Assembly (NCBI GenBank): GCA_965226375.1
Contig: CBDDCX010000007.1
Span: 416,001 to 480,000, forward strand
Direction of reading: 5' to 3'
DNA length: 64,000 nt
From: Longimicrobiales bacterium
Lineage (GTDB): Bacteria > Gemmatimonadota > Gemmatimonadetes > Longimicrobiales > Gaopeijiaceae
Shown here: one piece after another, positions 28,335-39,224 of the stretch
Layout: each line of letters opens with the position of its first letter
Numbering within the stretch: the stretch's first letter is position 1
The notes under the pieces: model-generated
Databases searched by the model: none
Seen by the model: only the letters and a program-made list of their open reading frames with translations
Told to the model about the DNA's origin: nothing
Program-made: the position numbers and the translations under genes

Positions 28335-29657
28335 TCAGCTTCGGGCCTCGAGTGCGGAGAAGAGGGACTCGATTTCCGCTTCGGATGTGATCGTGTTCGG
28401 AGAAACTCGCAGGGCGTTGAGGCCTTGGGTCTGGAACGGACGAAGCACGATCCCGCGATCGGAATACATGTCCCCCGACACGACATTGGCCGCGGGTGCC
28501 TCGAAACCGATGCCGATGAGCGAGGCTCCGAGCTCCCAACGCTCCGGCGACCGCCAAGAAAGCGACGAGTCGGCGTCCACACGGGCCTTGAGTCCGTTCC
28601 TGATTTCCCGGTAGCGGGTGACCTTGTCGACGGGACCGAGGGCGCTCTGAAAGTCCAGCGCGTCTCCCATGGCCAGGACCTCCGCGAGATTTCTCGTACC
28701 GTAGTCTTCGAACATCCGCGCGCTCCCCGCCCACCGGCGCTGGCCCCATGTGACCCACATCGGGTGGATCGCCTCGACGGCTTCTCTCCTCACATAGAGT
28801 AGGCCCAACCCCTTGGGCGATTGGATCCATTTGTGCGGACTCGCAGCGTAGGCGTCGACGCCCGATGCCTCGAGGTCGAGCGGAATCATGCCGGCCGTCT
28901 CGAGCGGAATCATGCCGGCCGTCTGCGCGCCGTCCACCGCCACGAACTCGACGCCCTCCTCTTTGGCCATGGCCGTGAGAGCAGCCATCGGGTGCCGCAG
29001 CCCCATGATATTGTCCACGTGAGGAAACACGAGCACCTTGGTCTCGGTGCGGATCTGCCGCCGATGGATCTCGACGACTTGATCCGCGGTGAGGCTCGGC
29101 ACGTCCGTCACCGGAAAGTCGAAACGCCGAACGGCGTATCCTTTTCTGGAGGCGTGATGGTTCCAGCAGACGCTGGCGCCATCATGGTTGATGGCACTGA
29201 AGAGCACTTCGTCACCCGGGCCCAGTGGAAGACCCTGGGCCAGGAGGTTGAAGCCCTCGGTGGTGTTGTGGGTTATGGCGACCTGCTCGGGATCGGATCC
29301 GAAGAGAGCCGCAGCCTTGGCTCGCACGGATTCGCGGGGCTCCTCCCAAGCACCTCCCCACATGTAGAGCCAGGGATTGGCTTCGCAGACACGCATGTAT
29401 TCGACACAGGCCTCGTGGACCGCCCGAGGGACGGTCCCGATCGAGGCGTGATTCAGATAGACGACATCCGAGCTCAGCAGGTATCGGTCACGGAGCGCCT
29501 CCCACGCGGGTGTAGAGCGAGGGCGAGACGCGACCGCTTCGAGTTCGGCGCCGAGTGCTTCTTCGACCAATTCGAGACGCGCGACGGCAGGCCCGGCCAG
29601 GGCCAGAGCCGCTAACGATTTGAGGAAATCTCGACGTTCGTGACGAACCGACAGCAT
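28335..29657 (-). CDS. Class V aminotransferase/PLP-dependent C-S lyase-like protein with Tat signal
   Basis: RRDFLK Tat motif, YLNHAS, NTTEG, VDGAQ, SPHKW. Confidence 0.88.
   Translation of the reverse strand: MLSVRHERRDFLKSLAALALAGPAVARLELVEEALGAELEAVASRPRSTPAWEALRDRYLLSSDVVYLNHASIGTVPRAVHEACVEYMRVCEANPWLYMWGGAWEEPRESVRAKAAALFGSDPEQVAITHNTTEGFNLLAQGLPLGPGDEVLFSAINHDGASVCWNHHASRKGYAVRRFDFPVTDVPSLTADQVVEIHRRQIRTETKVLVFPHVDNIMGLRHPMAALTAMAKEEGVEFVAVDGAQTAGMIPLETAGMIPLDLEASGVDAYAASPHKWIQSPKGLGLLYVRREAVEAIHPMWVTWGQRRWAGSARMFEDYGTRNLAEVLAMGDALDFQSALGPVDKVTRYREIRNGLKARVDADSSLSWRSPERWELGASLIGIGFEAPAANVVSGDMYSDRGIVLRPFQTQGLNALRVSPNTITSEAEIESLFSALEARS
28876..28923. repeat. Perfect 24-bp tandem duplication (in-frame)
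   Basis: TCGAGCGGAATCATGCCGGCCGTC x2, giving TAGMIPLE-TAGMIPLD. Confidence 0.95.
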
Positions 29658-30081
29658 GACTCAGTCTCCGCGAATGTGAATGTGTCCCTTGCCATGGAGC
29701 AGGAAACGAGGAAGATTAGTGTCCACCCATTCGGGTGCCTGGAACGTAGATTTCCGCTTCTTCAGGCCGAACTCTAGAGTCGTTCCAATCTCGGACATAC
29801 CGTCCCCGGCGGCCTACACCGTCGGATTGCTTGTACGCATAGCATGCGAATACGGGCTGGCAAGTTGGACGGGGCGCCCCGACACCGCCAGGGTGGCCGA
29901 AGCCCTTTGGTCCTGAGTATCTCGGTTTTGAATGTTTCGGTACTGAATCTCGGTACGTTGCTCGCCGTCGCGGACTGTGCGGGCGTATAGGCGGCAGTGA
30001 TGATGTTGGTTCTTCAGCGTTCCTCGAGCAGGGCAGTTCAGCTCACGATGCCGTGGGCCCATAACAAGGAAGTCTAGAATA

Positions 30082-31641
30082 GTGGACGGTAACACACCCA
30101 TTGATCGCCTCGATTCCGAGGCCCAGCAAGATCAGCCGGTGTCTCAGGACCAGGATCGTCCTGAGCCGCAGGATCGACAGGACCAGGATCGTCCTGAGCC
30201 GCAGGATCGACAGAACCAGGATCGTCCTGAGGCACAGGATCGACAGAACCAGGATCGTGCCGAATCGGGGGACAGGCAGGATCGTCCCGCCCAGCGGGGT
30301 CGACAGCAGCGGGGTCGGCAAAAGCGGGGCAGAGGTCAGCGAGGTCGCCAACAGCAAGGCGGACGCCAACAAGGCGGACGGCAGGGCGGACGGCAACAGG
30401 GCGGCCAGCAACAGGGCGGGCAACACCACGATCGACAGCAACATGATCGACGTGAGGCACTGGCCGACCAAGAATATCAGGATCAACCTGACGAGCACTA
30501 TGAGCCAGGTGAGCCTCTGGGCATCCTGGAGGTGCTGGGCAGTGGCTCCGGATTCATCCGTCGTCGTGATGCGAGCTACCTAGCCAGCCAGGAGGACATC
30601 TACGTCGGCGCCAAGGTCATTCATAAATTCGGCCTGCGCACCGGAGACGAGCTCACGGGATCCGTGGGGCCACGGCCCAAGAACGGGAAGAGTCCACCGC
30701 TCACTCATCTGGGTCTGGTCAACGATGGTCCGCCGGAAGATGCTAGGTGCCGCCCGGACTTCAACCGACTGAGCGCGGTGCACCCCAGCGAGCAGCTCAT
30801 GCTGGCTTGTGATCGAACGGTGAGTGGCGAGGTCGATTACACGAACCGGGTCATCGACCTGTTTTGCCCCTTGGGCAAGGGACAGCGGGCCATGATCGTG
30901 GCTCCGTCCAAGGCTGGTAAGACGACCATTCTCCAGGCTGTAGCCGAGGGGATCGCCACGAACCACCCTGAGTGTACCCTCCTGATCCTTCTGGCCGACG
31001 AACGGCCCGAGGAAATCACCGACATGGAAATGTGTGGCTTCGGTGAGGTGGTGGCGTCCAGCTTCGACCGACCGGCGGAGCGACACTGTCAGGTCGCCGA
31101 GATGACTCTCGAGCGGGCTCGCCGGATGGTGGAGAGTGGTAAGGACGTGGTGATCATCCTCGATTCGATCACGCGACTTGCTCGGGCATATAACACCGTC
31201 GAAGCAGGGAGCGGTCGTACGCTCTCGGGCGGACTCGACGCCAATTCGCTTGAGAAGCCGAAACGATTTATCGGGAGTGCGAGGAAGATCGACCCCAGGC
31301 AGGGTGGCGGATCGCTGACCATCGTGGCCACCGCCCTGGTCGACACCGGATCGCGCATGGACCAGGTGATCTTCGAGGAGTTCAAGGGGACGGGCAACAG
31401 CGAGCTGGTACTGAGCCGCGAATTGGCCGACAAGAGGATTTACCCCGCCATCGATCTCAACGCGTCGGCCACACGGAAAGAGGAGTTACTTCTCGATCCG
31501 GATAGCCTGTCTGTATCGCGGGCCATGCGTCGACAGCTAGCCGACGTTGCACCTGCGGACGCCATGACCGAGTTGTTGGGAGTCATGCGGCGGACCCGCA
31601 CGAACGAAGGACTCGTGGCACTGGCCAGCCAGAAGATCTAA
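30082..31641 (+). CDS. rho: Transcription termination factor Rho with low-complexity N-terminal extension
   Basis: GILEV..GFIR..DIYV, GKGQRAMIVAPSKAGKT, DERPEE, LDSITRLARA, FEEFKGTGN. Confidence 0.95.
   Translation: MDGNTPIDRLDSEAQQDQPVSQDQDRPEPQDRQDQDRPEPQDRQNQDRPEAQDRQNQDRAESGDRQDRPAQRGRQQRGRQKRGRGQRGRQQQGGRQQGGRQGGRQQGGQQQGGQHHDRQQHDRREALADQEYQDQPDEHYEPGEPLGILEVLGSGSGFIRRRDASYLASQEDIYVGAKVIHKFGLRTGDELTGSVGPRPKNGKSPPLTHLGLVNDGPPEDARCRPDFNRLSAVHPSEQLMLACDRTVSGEVDYTNRVIDLFCPLGKGQRAMIVAPSKAGKTTILQAVAEGIATNHPECTLLILLADERPEEITDMEMCGFGEVVASSFDRPAERHCQVAEMTLERARRMVESGKDVVIILDSITRLARAYNTVEAGSGRTLSGGLDANSLEKPKRFIGSARKIDPRQGGGSLTIVATALVDTGSRMDQVIFEEFKGTGNSELVLSRELADKRIYPAIDLNASATRKEELLLDPDSLSVSRAMRRQLADVAPADAMTELLGVMRRTRTNEGLVALASQKI
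30145..30258 (+). repeat. 33-bp tandem repeat (about 3.5 copies) in the rho 5' region
   Basis: CAGGACCAGGATCGTCCTGAGCCGCAGGATCGA units encoding QDQDRPEPQDR. Confidence 0.92.
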
Positions 31642-31659
31642 GCGGCCGGAAGCGCTCCG

Positions 31660-32193
31660 CTACGCGCCGTCCCCAGACGCACGGCCTACCACGTTCTTCA
31701 GTCTGTCCAGATTCTCGGACAGTTGCCGTCCCTGGGAGTCGGACATGGTCCTCGCGACGTAGCCCATGAGCGGATTCCGTCCGAAGTCGCCCTCTTCGCG
31801 CCAGGTGACGACACTCCCATTGGGCGATTCCTCGACTTCCAGCGTTCCGATGACCTCGGTCCCCTCGCCGACTCGGACCCGATAACGAACCAGCTCCGGC
31901 GGTCTACTTTCGGTGATGGTCACGGATCCGGACCCGTACTGGGGATCGTCCCAGCTGCGCACCGCCCCTGAACCGGACGACGGTTCGCTCAATGTGGATT
32001 GCACCTCGGCCCACTGGGTCCACTCGTCCCAGCGTCCGAGGTCCGCGAGCAGTGGAAAAATCGATTCGGGGCTGACCGGGACCTCAACCGACACCTCGGC
32101 CGACCACGTTCCCGGGAGTAAGAACCCGACGGCCATGAAGGTCACCAGAAGTCCTCCGACGATACCGAAGACCCTGGCTAGGCGTCCCATCAT
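31660..32193 (-). CDS. SRPBCC (polyketide cyclase-like) family protein
   Basis: N-terminal TM, GFLLP, WDEWTQW, VVTWREEGDFGRNP. Confidence 0.85.
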   Translation of the reverse strand: MMGRLARVFGIVGGLLVTFMAVGFLLPGTWSAEVSVEVPVSPESIFPLLADLGRWDEWTQWAEVQSTLSEPSSGSGAVRSWDDPQYGSGSVTITESRPPELVRYRVRVGEGTEVIGTLEVEESPNGSVVTWREEGDFGRNPLMGYVARTMSDSQGRQLSENLDRLKNVVGRASGDGA

Positions 32194-32963
32194 GGTCGCT
32201 CTCCTGTTTCTGCGGAAACTTCTTGGAGCAGCGGCTCAAGGGATGTCCACACCGTCTCCGACACGCGTCTGTGGCCCTCTGCCGTCGGGTGGATGCCGTC
32301 TATCTGGTTGAGTTCGGGATGACCTGCCACTCGGTCGAGAAGGAAGGGGATCAACACAGCTGAGTTGTTTCGTGCCAGCTCCGTGAACGCCGATCGGAAC
32401 TCGGACTGGTAACCAGGCCCCAGGTTGGGAGGAGCTTCCATGCCCGCGAGGACGAGCCGAACGTCGGGATAGCGCCTAAGCGTACTGTCCATGACCGCCT
32501 GGAGATTCCCTCGCATCGTCTCGACGGACAGTCCCCGAAGTCCGTCGTTGGCACCCAGTTCGATTACGAGGACTGTCACGGGCGCTCTGAGCAGCCAGCT
32601 GATCCGGCGGAGTCCCCCGGCGCTGGTATCTCCGCTGACACCGGCGTTCACGACCTCGAATGGCAGACCCGCCGAGTCGACCTTCGCTTGGACGCGCTCC
32701 GTAAAGCGCATCGTTTGATCGTCGAGTCCATAACCGGCCGTCAGGCTAGTGCCTACGAAGACGACGCGTCCCCGTACGTTTGCGGGGGACGATGTCGGGG
32801 CGCCCGGAGCCACTCCCGAGCCCGCCGGCGTTGAACCTTCCGGCCCCTCGGAGCGTACCACGTCCGAGTCGGTACCTGGACCACATCCGGCCGAAGGAAG
32901 CCAAAGTGCCAAGAGAACGACGGCGACGATGATCCGAGCCGTGGGTCTGTCGAAAGAATACAT
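32190..32963 (-). CDS. tesA: Arylesterase/acyl-CoA thioesterase I (SGNH/GDSL, TesA-like) lipoprotein
   Basis: GTSLTAGYG, NAGVSGDTS, ELGANDGLRG, DGIHP; lipobox-like SAGC. Confidence 0.88.
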   Translation of the reverse strand: MYSFDRPTARIIVAVVLLALWLPSAGCGPGTDSDVVRSEGPEGSTPAGSGVAPGAPTSSPANVRGRVVFVGTSLTAGYGLDDQTMRFTERVQAKVDSAGLPFEVVNAGVSGDTSAGGLRRISWLLRAPVTVLVIELGANDGLRGLSVETMRGNLQAVMDSTLRRYPDVRLVLAGMEAPPNLGPGYQSEFRSAFTELARNNSAVLIPFLLDRVAGHPELNQIDGIHPTAEGHRRVSETVWTSLEPLLQEVSAETGERP

Positions 32964-33627
32964 GAGCGGAGGGCGACCCCTTCGCGTGTTGGATCGCGTT
33001 GATCTCAATGTGGAAGCAGAGAGCTTCGTGGCCATCGCCGGACCGTCGGGGAGCGGAAAGACCACCCTCCTGGGGCTCCTGGCGGGGCTCGATCACCCCA
33101 CAGAAGGTAAGGTAACCGTTGCCGGCGAGGATCTCTTCAGTCTTACCGAAGACGGGCGGGCCAGATTTCGGGCCGAGAACGTGGGCTTCGTTTTTCAGAC
33201 GTTCCATCTCCTGCCCACGCTCACCGCACTGGAGAACGTGATGGTGCCGCTCGAGCTCCTCGGGCGCGCGCAGAGCCGCAACGGACGGTCCATACGTGAA
33301 CGGAGCCGTGAGCTGCTGGATCGGGTAGGCCTGGGGAATCGCACCGATCATTATCCCGCCCAGCTGTCGGGCGGTGAGCAGCAGCGTGTGGCGTTGGCCC
33401 GGGCCTTCGCCAACGAGCCACGGATTCTATTTGCTGATGAGCCCACGGGTAACCTCGACCGCAAGACCGGACTTCGTGTGGTGGAACTCCTGGAGGAACT
33501 CAACCTGGAGTCCCGCACCACGCTGATTCTCGTGACGCACGACTTGGACCTGGCGGCACGGGCCCACCGTGCGATCTCGCTCTCCGACGGCCGTATCGTC
33601 TCCGACGTGAGCGACCCATCCGAGTGA
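32929..33627 (+). CDS. ABC transporter ATP-binding protein (YbbA/LolD-like)
   Basis: [25 protein letters not shown]. Confidence 0.93.
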   Translation: MIRAVGLSKEYMSGGRPLRVLDRVDLNVEAESFVAIAGPSGSGKTTLLGLLAGLDHPTEGKVTVAGEDLFSLTEDGRARFRAENVGFVFQTFHLLPTLTALENVMVPLELLGRAQSRNGRSIRERSRELLDRVGLGNRTDHYPAQLSGGEQQRVALARAFANEPRILFADEPTGNLDRKTGLRVVELLEELNLESRTTLILVTHDLDLAARAHRAISLSDGRIVSDVSDPSE

Positions 33628-36164
33628 CACCGTCCTTCGCGGTCCGTCTGGCCTGGCGAGAGGGAAGGGCCAGCTACCGCCGCCTGTCCATCTTCATGGG
33701 ATCCATCGCCCTGGGGGTCGCGGCGCTCGTGGCCATCCACTCGTTCAAGGGCGATGTGGAGCGCTCGCTCGGTGACCAGGCCCGTGTGCTCCTGGGAGCT
33801 GACGTGCGGGTCTCCTCGAACCGGGCCTTTCCAGCGGAATTCGAGGCGGTACTGGATTCGATGATTTCAGACGGGCGGGAGATTGCCCAGACGACGACGT
33901 TCGCCTCGATGGTGCTCGACATGCGTAGTGGGGGCGTGCGGCTCTTTCAGGTTCGCGCGGTGGATGCGGGCTTCCCCTTCTACGGTAGCGTGGAGTCCGA
34001 TCCGGCGGGGGCTTGGGCGGAGATCCAAAATGGACCGTGGGCGGTGGCTGATCCAGCGGTCATGGTACAGTTGGACGCCCGGCCCGGCGACACCCTCGCG
34101 ATCGGGCAGGCCCGGTTCGTCCTCCGGGGAACCGTGTCCGGTCTTCCCACGGACGTGGGCTTTCAAACGGCCATCGGACCCAGGGTCTATATCTCTCGCG
34201 GCCGACTGGAAGAAACCGGGCTTCTGATCTTCGGGTCCATCGCGCGTTATCACGCCAACTTTCTGATGCCCGAGCGGGACGACCGTGATCAACTTTGGAA
34301 CAGCCAGCAAGAGCTCTTCGAGAGGCATCAGCTCCGGCACACCCCGGCGGCCTATCGCGCACAGGAAATGAGTTCGGCTTTAGACGACCTGACGCGCTAC
34401 CTGGGGCTCATTGGGCTGGCGGCCCTCTTCCTCGGCGGTATCGGCGTGGCGAGCGCCATCTATGTCTACGTACGGGAGAAGGTCGTGACGGTGGCGGTCC
34501 TCCGATGTATCGGGGCCCGGCAGGAGACGCTGTTTGCCGCCTACCTGCTTCAGGCCGCGATGCTCGCCCTCATCGGGTCGCTGGTGGGGGTCGTGTTGGG
34601 GATCGGCATACAGAGGGCGCTGCCCATGGCGCTCACCGGGGTCATGCCCGTGGGAGTGACCACGAACATCTCCTGGCTCGTGGCCTTTGCGGGCATCGCC
34701 CTCGGGGTATGGGTAGCCCTCATGTTTGCCTTAGGCCCGCTGCTCGAGGTCAGAGGGGTATCGCCGCTTCTCGCCCTCAGGCATGACTTCGAGCCGCCGC
34801 AGCGGACAGATATCGCCAAGATGGGGGCACTCGGCCTTCTTGTGGCCACGGTGCTCGGACTAACAGTGGTCGAGGCTCCTTCTCCACTGCAGGGCCTGGC
34901 CTTCTCCCTGGGGCTCGCAGTCGTGGGGTTGGTTCTTTGGGGGGCGGCTCGGGGTCTCATTTTTGTCACCAGGCGGTTCCTTCCGCAGGGACTGGCGTAT
35001 CCGATCCGCCAGGGAGTGAGCAACCTTTTCCGGCCACAAAACCAGACCGTGGCGGTCACGCTGGCCCTCGGATTCGGCGCCTTCGTGATCGGCACCGTCA
35101 GCTTGGTCGAGCGCAGCCTCACCCAGGAGTTCACGTTGGAGGTAGGAGAAGGGCGACCGAACCTTCTGCTGTTCGACGTGCAGGCCGATCAGCGGCCTGA
35201 GGTCGAAGCGTTCGTGGCCTCGCGCGCCACGGGATCGCTCGACGTGACTCCGTTGGTGCCTTCGAGGCTCCTGGCGATCAACGGACGGAGCCGGGAGGAG
35301 CTGCTCGATGCACCGGATGGTGAGCGTCCAGAGGGGTGGGCCCTGCGGCGCGAGTACCGGCATACCTACCGGTCCGACCTCACCGGCTCGGAAGAACTGG
35401 TGGAAGGTGATTGGTGGGACGTTCCTGCAGACAGCGATGGACTCGCTCGTGTCTCGCTCGAGGCCGATCTGGCGCACAGCCTCCGAGTGGTCATCGGGGA
35501 TCGAAGCACGTGGGACTTTGCGGGTGTGCCGGTCGAGACTCGAGTGGTGAGCCTTCGCACGGTCGACTGGACCCGGTTCGAGACAAACTTCTTCGTCGTC
35601 TTCGAGCCCGGCTCGATAGACGAGGCTCCTCAGACCTTCGTAATCATGGCCCGTGTCGAAGGCGAGAGGGAGCGCGCCGAGTTCCAGCGCGATCTGGTCG
35701 GCAGCCACGCGAACGTGGCCGTTCTGGACCTTTCCAGGCTCCAGCAGGCGATCGACACCATGCTGGACCGGGCGAACCAAGCGGTCCGTTTCCTCGGCAT
35801 CTTCAGCACGGTAGCCGGAATCCTCGTACTCATGGGCTCGCTCGCCACGTCACGTTACCAACGTATGCGGGAGAGTGCAGTCCTCAAGACCTTGGGCGCG
35901 CAGAAGGGCGTCATCCTGCGGATCTTGATGGTGGAGTATGTTGCCCTCGGATCTCTGGCAACCTTCGCGGGACTGGTATTGGCCGTGGTGGCCGGGTGGC
36001 TCGTCGTAACCCAGGTCTTCACCGTTCCCTTCGTCTTCGATCCGATCCGGATCGGGGTGGTATGGCTGGGGATCACAGCCGTTACGGTTGCCGTGGGGAT
36101 GGCCGGCAGCAGAGGGGTCCTTCTCAGGCCTCCTCTCGCCGTGCTTCGGGACGTTACGGGTTGA
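33624..36164 (+). CDS. ABC transporter permease (YbbP/FtsX-like, two repeats)
   Basis: 846 aa, [30 protein letters not shown] overlap with the ATPase gene. Confidence 0.9.
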   Translation: MTPSFAVRLAWREGRASYRRLSIFMGSIALGVAALVAIHSFKGDVERSLGDQARVLLGADVRVSSNRAFPAEFEAVLDSMISDGREIAQTTTFASMVLDMRSGGVRLFQVRAVDAGFPFYGSVESDPAGAWAEIQNGPWAVADPAVMVQLDARPGDTLAIGQARFVLRGTVSGLPTDVGFQTAIGPRVYISRGRLEETGLLIFGSIARYHANFLMPERDDRDQLWNSQQELFERHQLRHTPAAYRAQEMSSALDDLTRYLGLIGLAALFLGGIGVASAIYVYVREKVVTVAVLRCIGARQETLFAAYLLQAAMLALIGSLVGVVLGIGIQRALPMALTGVMPVGVTTNISWLVAFAGIALGVWVALMFALGPLLEVRGVSPLLALRHDFEPPQRTDIAKMGALGLLVATVLGLTVVEAPSPLQGLAFSLGLAVVGLVLWGAARGLIFVTRRFLPQGLAYPIRQGVSNLFRPQNQTVAVTLALGFGAFVIGTVSLVERSLTQEFTLEVGEGRPNLLLFDVQADQRPEVEAFVASRATGSLDVTPLVPSRLLAINGRSREELLDAPDGERPEGWALRREYRHTYRSDLTGSEELVEGDWWDVPADSDGLARVSLEADLAHSLRVVIGDRSTWDFAGVPVETRVVSLRTVDWTRFETNFFVVFEPGSIDEAPQTFVIMARVEGERERAEFQRDLVGSHANVAVLDLSRLQQAIDTMLDRANQAVRFLGIFSTVAGILVLMGSLATSRYQRMRESAVLKTLGAQKGVILRILMVEYVALGSLATFAGLVLAVVAGWLVVTQVFTVPFVFDPIRIGVVWLGITAVTVAVGMAGSRGVLLRPPLAVLRDVTG

Positions 36165-36579
36165 GAACGGCCTGAGGTGGTAGATCGACCTGCAGCGCGA
36201 GGTCGTGATTGCATGATTCACACGGAAGTGGGTGGGGATGCCGAAGTCGGGCCGGTCGGGGGAGGGAGAGGTCACTCCCGCAGCGGGGACACGTACCTTC
36301 GACAGCCCGAAGGCTGTGGAACTCCAGCCACTTACGTCGAGCCACGATCGCCCCGACTCCGAGCGCTCCAAGGGCCCAGGGTGCGTGGGGTGGAATGAGG
36401 GCAAAGAGTGGAGCGAGCACGAGTGCAGTGCCGACAGAGGTGAGTGTGCGCCTGAGGCGCCACCGGACGCTGCGAGGCTCGATCCAGGCGTTCGCTTCAA
36501 CCGGGTCGAACCCGAAGAGTGTCACGCGTGCCGGGACGGACACTCCGGGCACCGTGTCTGTGGTGCTTGGTTCTCGCAC
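36154..36579 (-). CDS. Hypothetical 2-TM protein with C-terminal CxxC..CxxC zinc ribbon
   Basis: Hydrophobic hairpin (LIPPHAPW), CPRC and CESC. Confidence 0.65.
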   Translation of the reverse strand: MREPSTTDTVPGVSVPARVTLFGFDPVEANAWIEPRSVRWRLRRTLTSVGTALVLAPLFALIPPHAPWALGALGVGAIVARRKWLEFHSLRAVEGTCPRCGSDLSLPRPARLRHPHPLPCESCNHDLALQVDLPPQAVLNP

Positions 36580-36740
36580 GGTGCCGTCGATACCTGAAGG
36601 GTGAGTTTTTCGCCGCCGGAATATATGTTGATCTGTGATCGCCCCCCAACTGGTCCAGCGCCGCCGCCGCCGCGGGTAGATACGGGCTTTCGGGGCTTAC
36701 AGGAAATACGCGAGAGAGATCGGGATAGCGGACTCTGCCA

Positions 36741-37972
36741 GTGACAGACATCCCAGACATCGACGATGGCCCACAGATCGAGGATGGCTCAGAAATCGAG
36801 GACGGCCTAGCGATCGAGGACAGCCCAGTCGAGGACGGCCAGGCGACCGAGGACGGCCAGGAGATCGCCATCGACGTCGATACGCCGGCCTTGTCTCGGG
36901 ACCTAACTGAGTTCTTGATCCAGCTCTCCATTACGGTCCACCGATTCGGTATGTACCCCCCGGGGCATCCCTCGCTGGAGCCCGCGGCCGCAGGGGTCGT
37001 GGACCGTCGTCAGTTCCGCGGAGGCACGCCAGTCGCGACCCACGGCCATCAAGTACGGAATCGTCGGAGTGAAGGGGCAGGGACGGCGATTGGAGGACGG
37101 GGAGGAGCGGAAGGCCGGGCGCACCCTGGCGTATACCCTCAAGGAAGAGGTGGAGGCCGTGGACTGGCTCCACGGAGAGCTCAAAGAAGATGGCGGTCTG
37201 CACCTCGTTGGAGGCGGAGGCCATCGTTCGCTCGCTCACCGTTGCCATGCACGACGACCAGCAGTTCCTCATTCCCCTGGTAAGGCTGAAGCGCTTCGAC
37301 CAATACACCACGACACACGCCATGAACGTTTCCGTGCTCGCCATGGCGCTGGCCGAGTTCATCGGCTTGGGGCCCAAGGAGGTCCGGGCATTCGGCATAG
37401 GCGGACTCATGCATGATCTCGGCAAGGTCACCATTCCCGCGGATATTCTGAACAAGCCCGGGAAGCTGACGGACGAAGAGCGAACCGTGATGAACAACCA
37501 CACCATCGCGGGTGCGCAGATCATCATCGAGACGGAGGAGCATCTGGATTTGGCCGCCGTGGTGGCGTACGAGCATCACATCAAGATCGATGGCGGTGGG
37601 TATCCCACACTGCGTTTCCCTCGGGCGTGCCATCAGGCCAGCAATCTGGTGCACGTCTGTGACGTCTTCGACGCATTGCGGACCGTTCGTCCCTATCGGG
37701 GCGCGTGGGAGACCGAGCGGGTGTTGGGCCTTCTGGACGAGGGTTCAGGCACCGAGTTCGATCACGATATGGCGCAGTCCTTCATTCGTATGATGCGACA
37801 GTGGGAAGGTCAGGTGGCCGTGGTGGAGCAAGAGGATGAACCGTTGCCCATCGGCGCGCCCGTCGAGGAGTCCTCAGACCCTGCTGCGAGCGATGAGTCC
37901 GAGGCCTCATCAGGCCCCGCTCCGGGCGACTCTCCGTCCCCGTCAGGCCCCGCTGCGAGCGAAAGCACGTAG
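36741..37972 (+). pseudogene. Fragmented/chimeric HD-GYP phosphodiesterase locus
   Basis: HD-GYP core (HDLGK, HH, GGYP, DVFDAL) lies in 37190-37972; upstream coding sequence is in two other frames, with breaks near 37005 and 37210. Confidence 0.7.
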
Positions 37973-39115
37973 TCGTTCGCTCGCGGCCTCCAGCGTCTCG
38001 ACCTTCTTGCAGAAGACGAAGCGCACCAGGGAGTGGCCCAAGTCCGGGTCCGAGTAGAAGCTGGATCCCGGGACAGGCGTCACGCCGGCCTCTCGGGTGA
38101 GCCGCCGCGAGAAGGCGTCGCTCGGTTCGTCGCTGAGGGCGGAGAAGTCCGCTAGGACGTAGTACGCGCCCTGTGGCTTCCGGCACTCGAAGCCGGCTGC
38201 GATCAGGCCCTCATACAACACTTCACGTCTTACGCGATAGTCATCGATCATCGCATCGTAATACCCTTGGTCCAGTTCCTGGATACCCACGGCACAGGCC
38301 TCCTGGAGAGGGGCGGGGGCACCAACGCTCAGAAAGTCGTGTACCTTGCGGATGGCGTCGGTGAGGTCGGCGGGAGCGATGACGGTACCGATTCGCCAAC
38401 CGGTGACGCTGAAGGTCTTCGAAAGGCCACTCACGGTGATGGTCCGTTCGCTCATCCCTTCGAGCGTGGCCATCGGGATGTGCTCGCCCTCGTAATAGAT
38501 GTGCTCATAGATTTCGTCCGTGATGGCCAGCAGATCGTGCTTCCGGCAGAGGTCGGCTATAGCCTCGAGCTCGCCCCGATCGAGCACTCGGCCGGTGGGG
38601 TTATTCGGCGTGTTGACGATGATGGCCCGGGTGCGGTCGGTCACCACGGCCGCAAGACCATCCGCCTCGATTCGGAAATCGGGTGGTTCCAGCGGCAGAA
38701 AGACCGGGTTCGCCTCGGCGAGAATGGCGTCGGGCCCATAGTTCTCGTAGAACGGCTCCAAGACGATCACCTCGTCCCCGGGATTGATGACCGCGAGCAT
38801 GATGGACGCCATGGCCTCCGTGGCACCGCAGGTGACCGTGATGTCACGCTCACCGTCCACCTGCATCCCGTACCAACGCTCGTATTTGGCCACGAGGGCG
38901 TCTCGCATCCGGGGTGATCCCCATGTGATGGCGTACTGGTTTACATCGCCCTGGATCGCCTCGCACGCAGCATCCTTCAATCGCTGGGGGGCCGGAAAGT
39001 CCGGAAAGCCCTGGGCCAGATTGATGGCGTCGTGCTCGCGGGCCACTCGGGTCATTTCACGGATCACGGACTCCGTGAAGCCGTGGGTTCTCCGCGCCGT
39101 ACGAGATGCGGTCAT
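37943..39115 (-). CDS. Class I/II PLP-dependent aminotransferase (YbdL-like)
   Basis: NLAQGFPD, NTPNNPTG, DEIY, SKTFSVTGWRIG. Confidence 0.92.
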   Translation of the reverse strand: MTASRTARRTHGFTESVIREMTRVAREHDAINLAQGFPDFPAPQRLKDAACEAIQGDVNQYAITWGSPRMRDALVAKYERWYGMQVDGERDITVTCGATEAMASIMLAVINPGDEVIVLEPFYENYGPDAILAEANPVFLPLEPPDFRIEADGLAAVVTDRTRAIIVNTPNNPTGRVLDRGELEAIADLCRKHDLLAITDEIYEHIYYEGEHIPMATLEGMSERTITVSGLSKTFSVTGWRIGTVIAPADLTDAIRKVHDFLSVGAPAPLQEACAVGIQELDQGYYDAMIDDYRVRREVLYEGLIAAGFECRKPQGAYYVLADFSALSDEPSDAFSRRLTREAGVTPVPGSSFYSDPDLGHSLVRFVFCKKVETLEAASERLRAFARSGA

Positions 39116-39224
39116 ATGAGCTCACCGGATTGGGTTGGGGTCGAAGAAGGCGAAGGGTATGCCGGTGACGGGTCGGCGTGCAACCGAGGCTACCAGCGCT
39201 CGCTGGATTCGGTTATCTCACAGC

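Noticed and set aside
29660..30080. Riboswitch or ncRNA in the 420-bp intergenic region upstream of rho
   Set aside because: No recognisable aptamer consensus by eye; an Rfam scan would be needed.
30145..30258. 33-bp repeats as a CRISPR array
   Set aside because: Contiguous tandem units without spacers, in-frame inside rho, and no cas genes.
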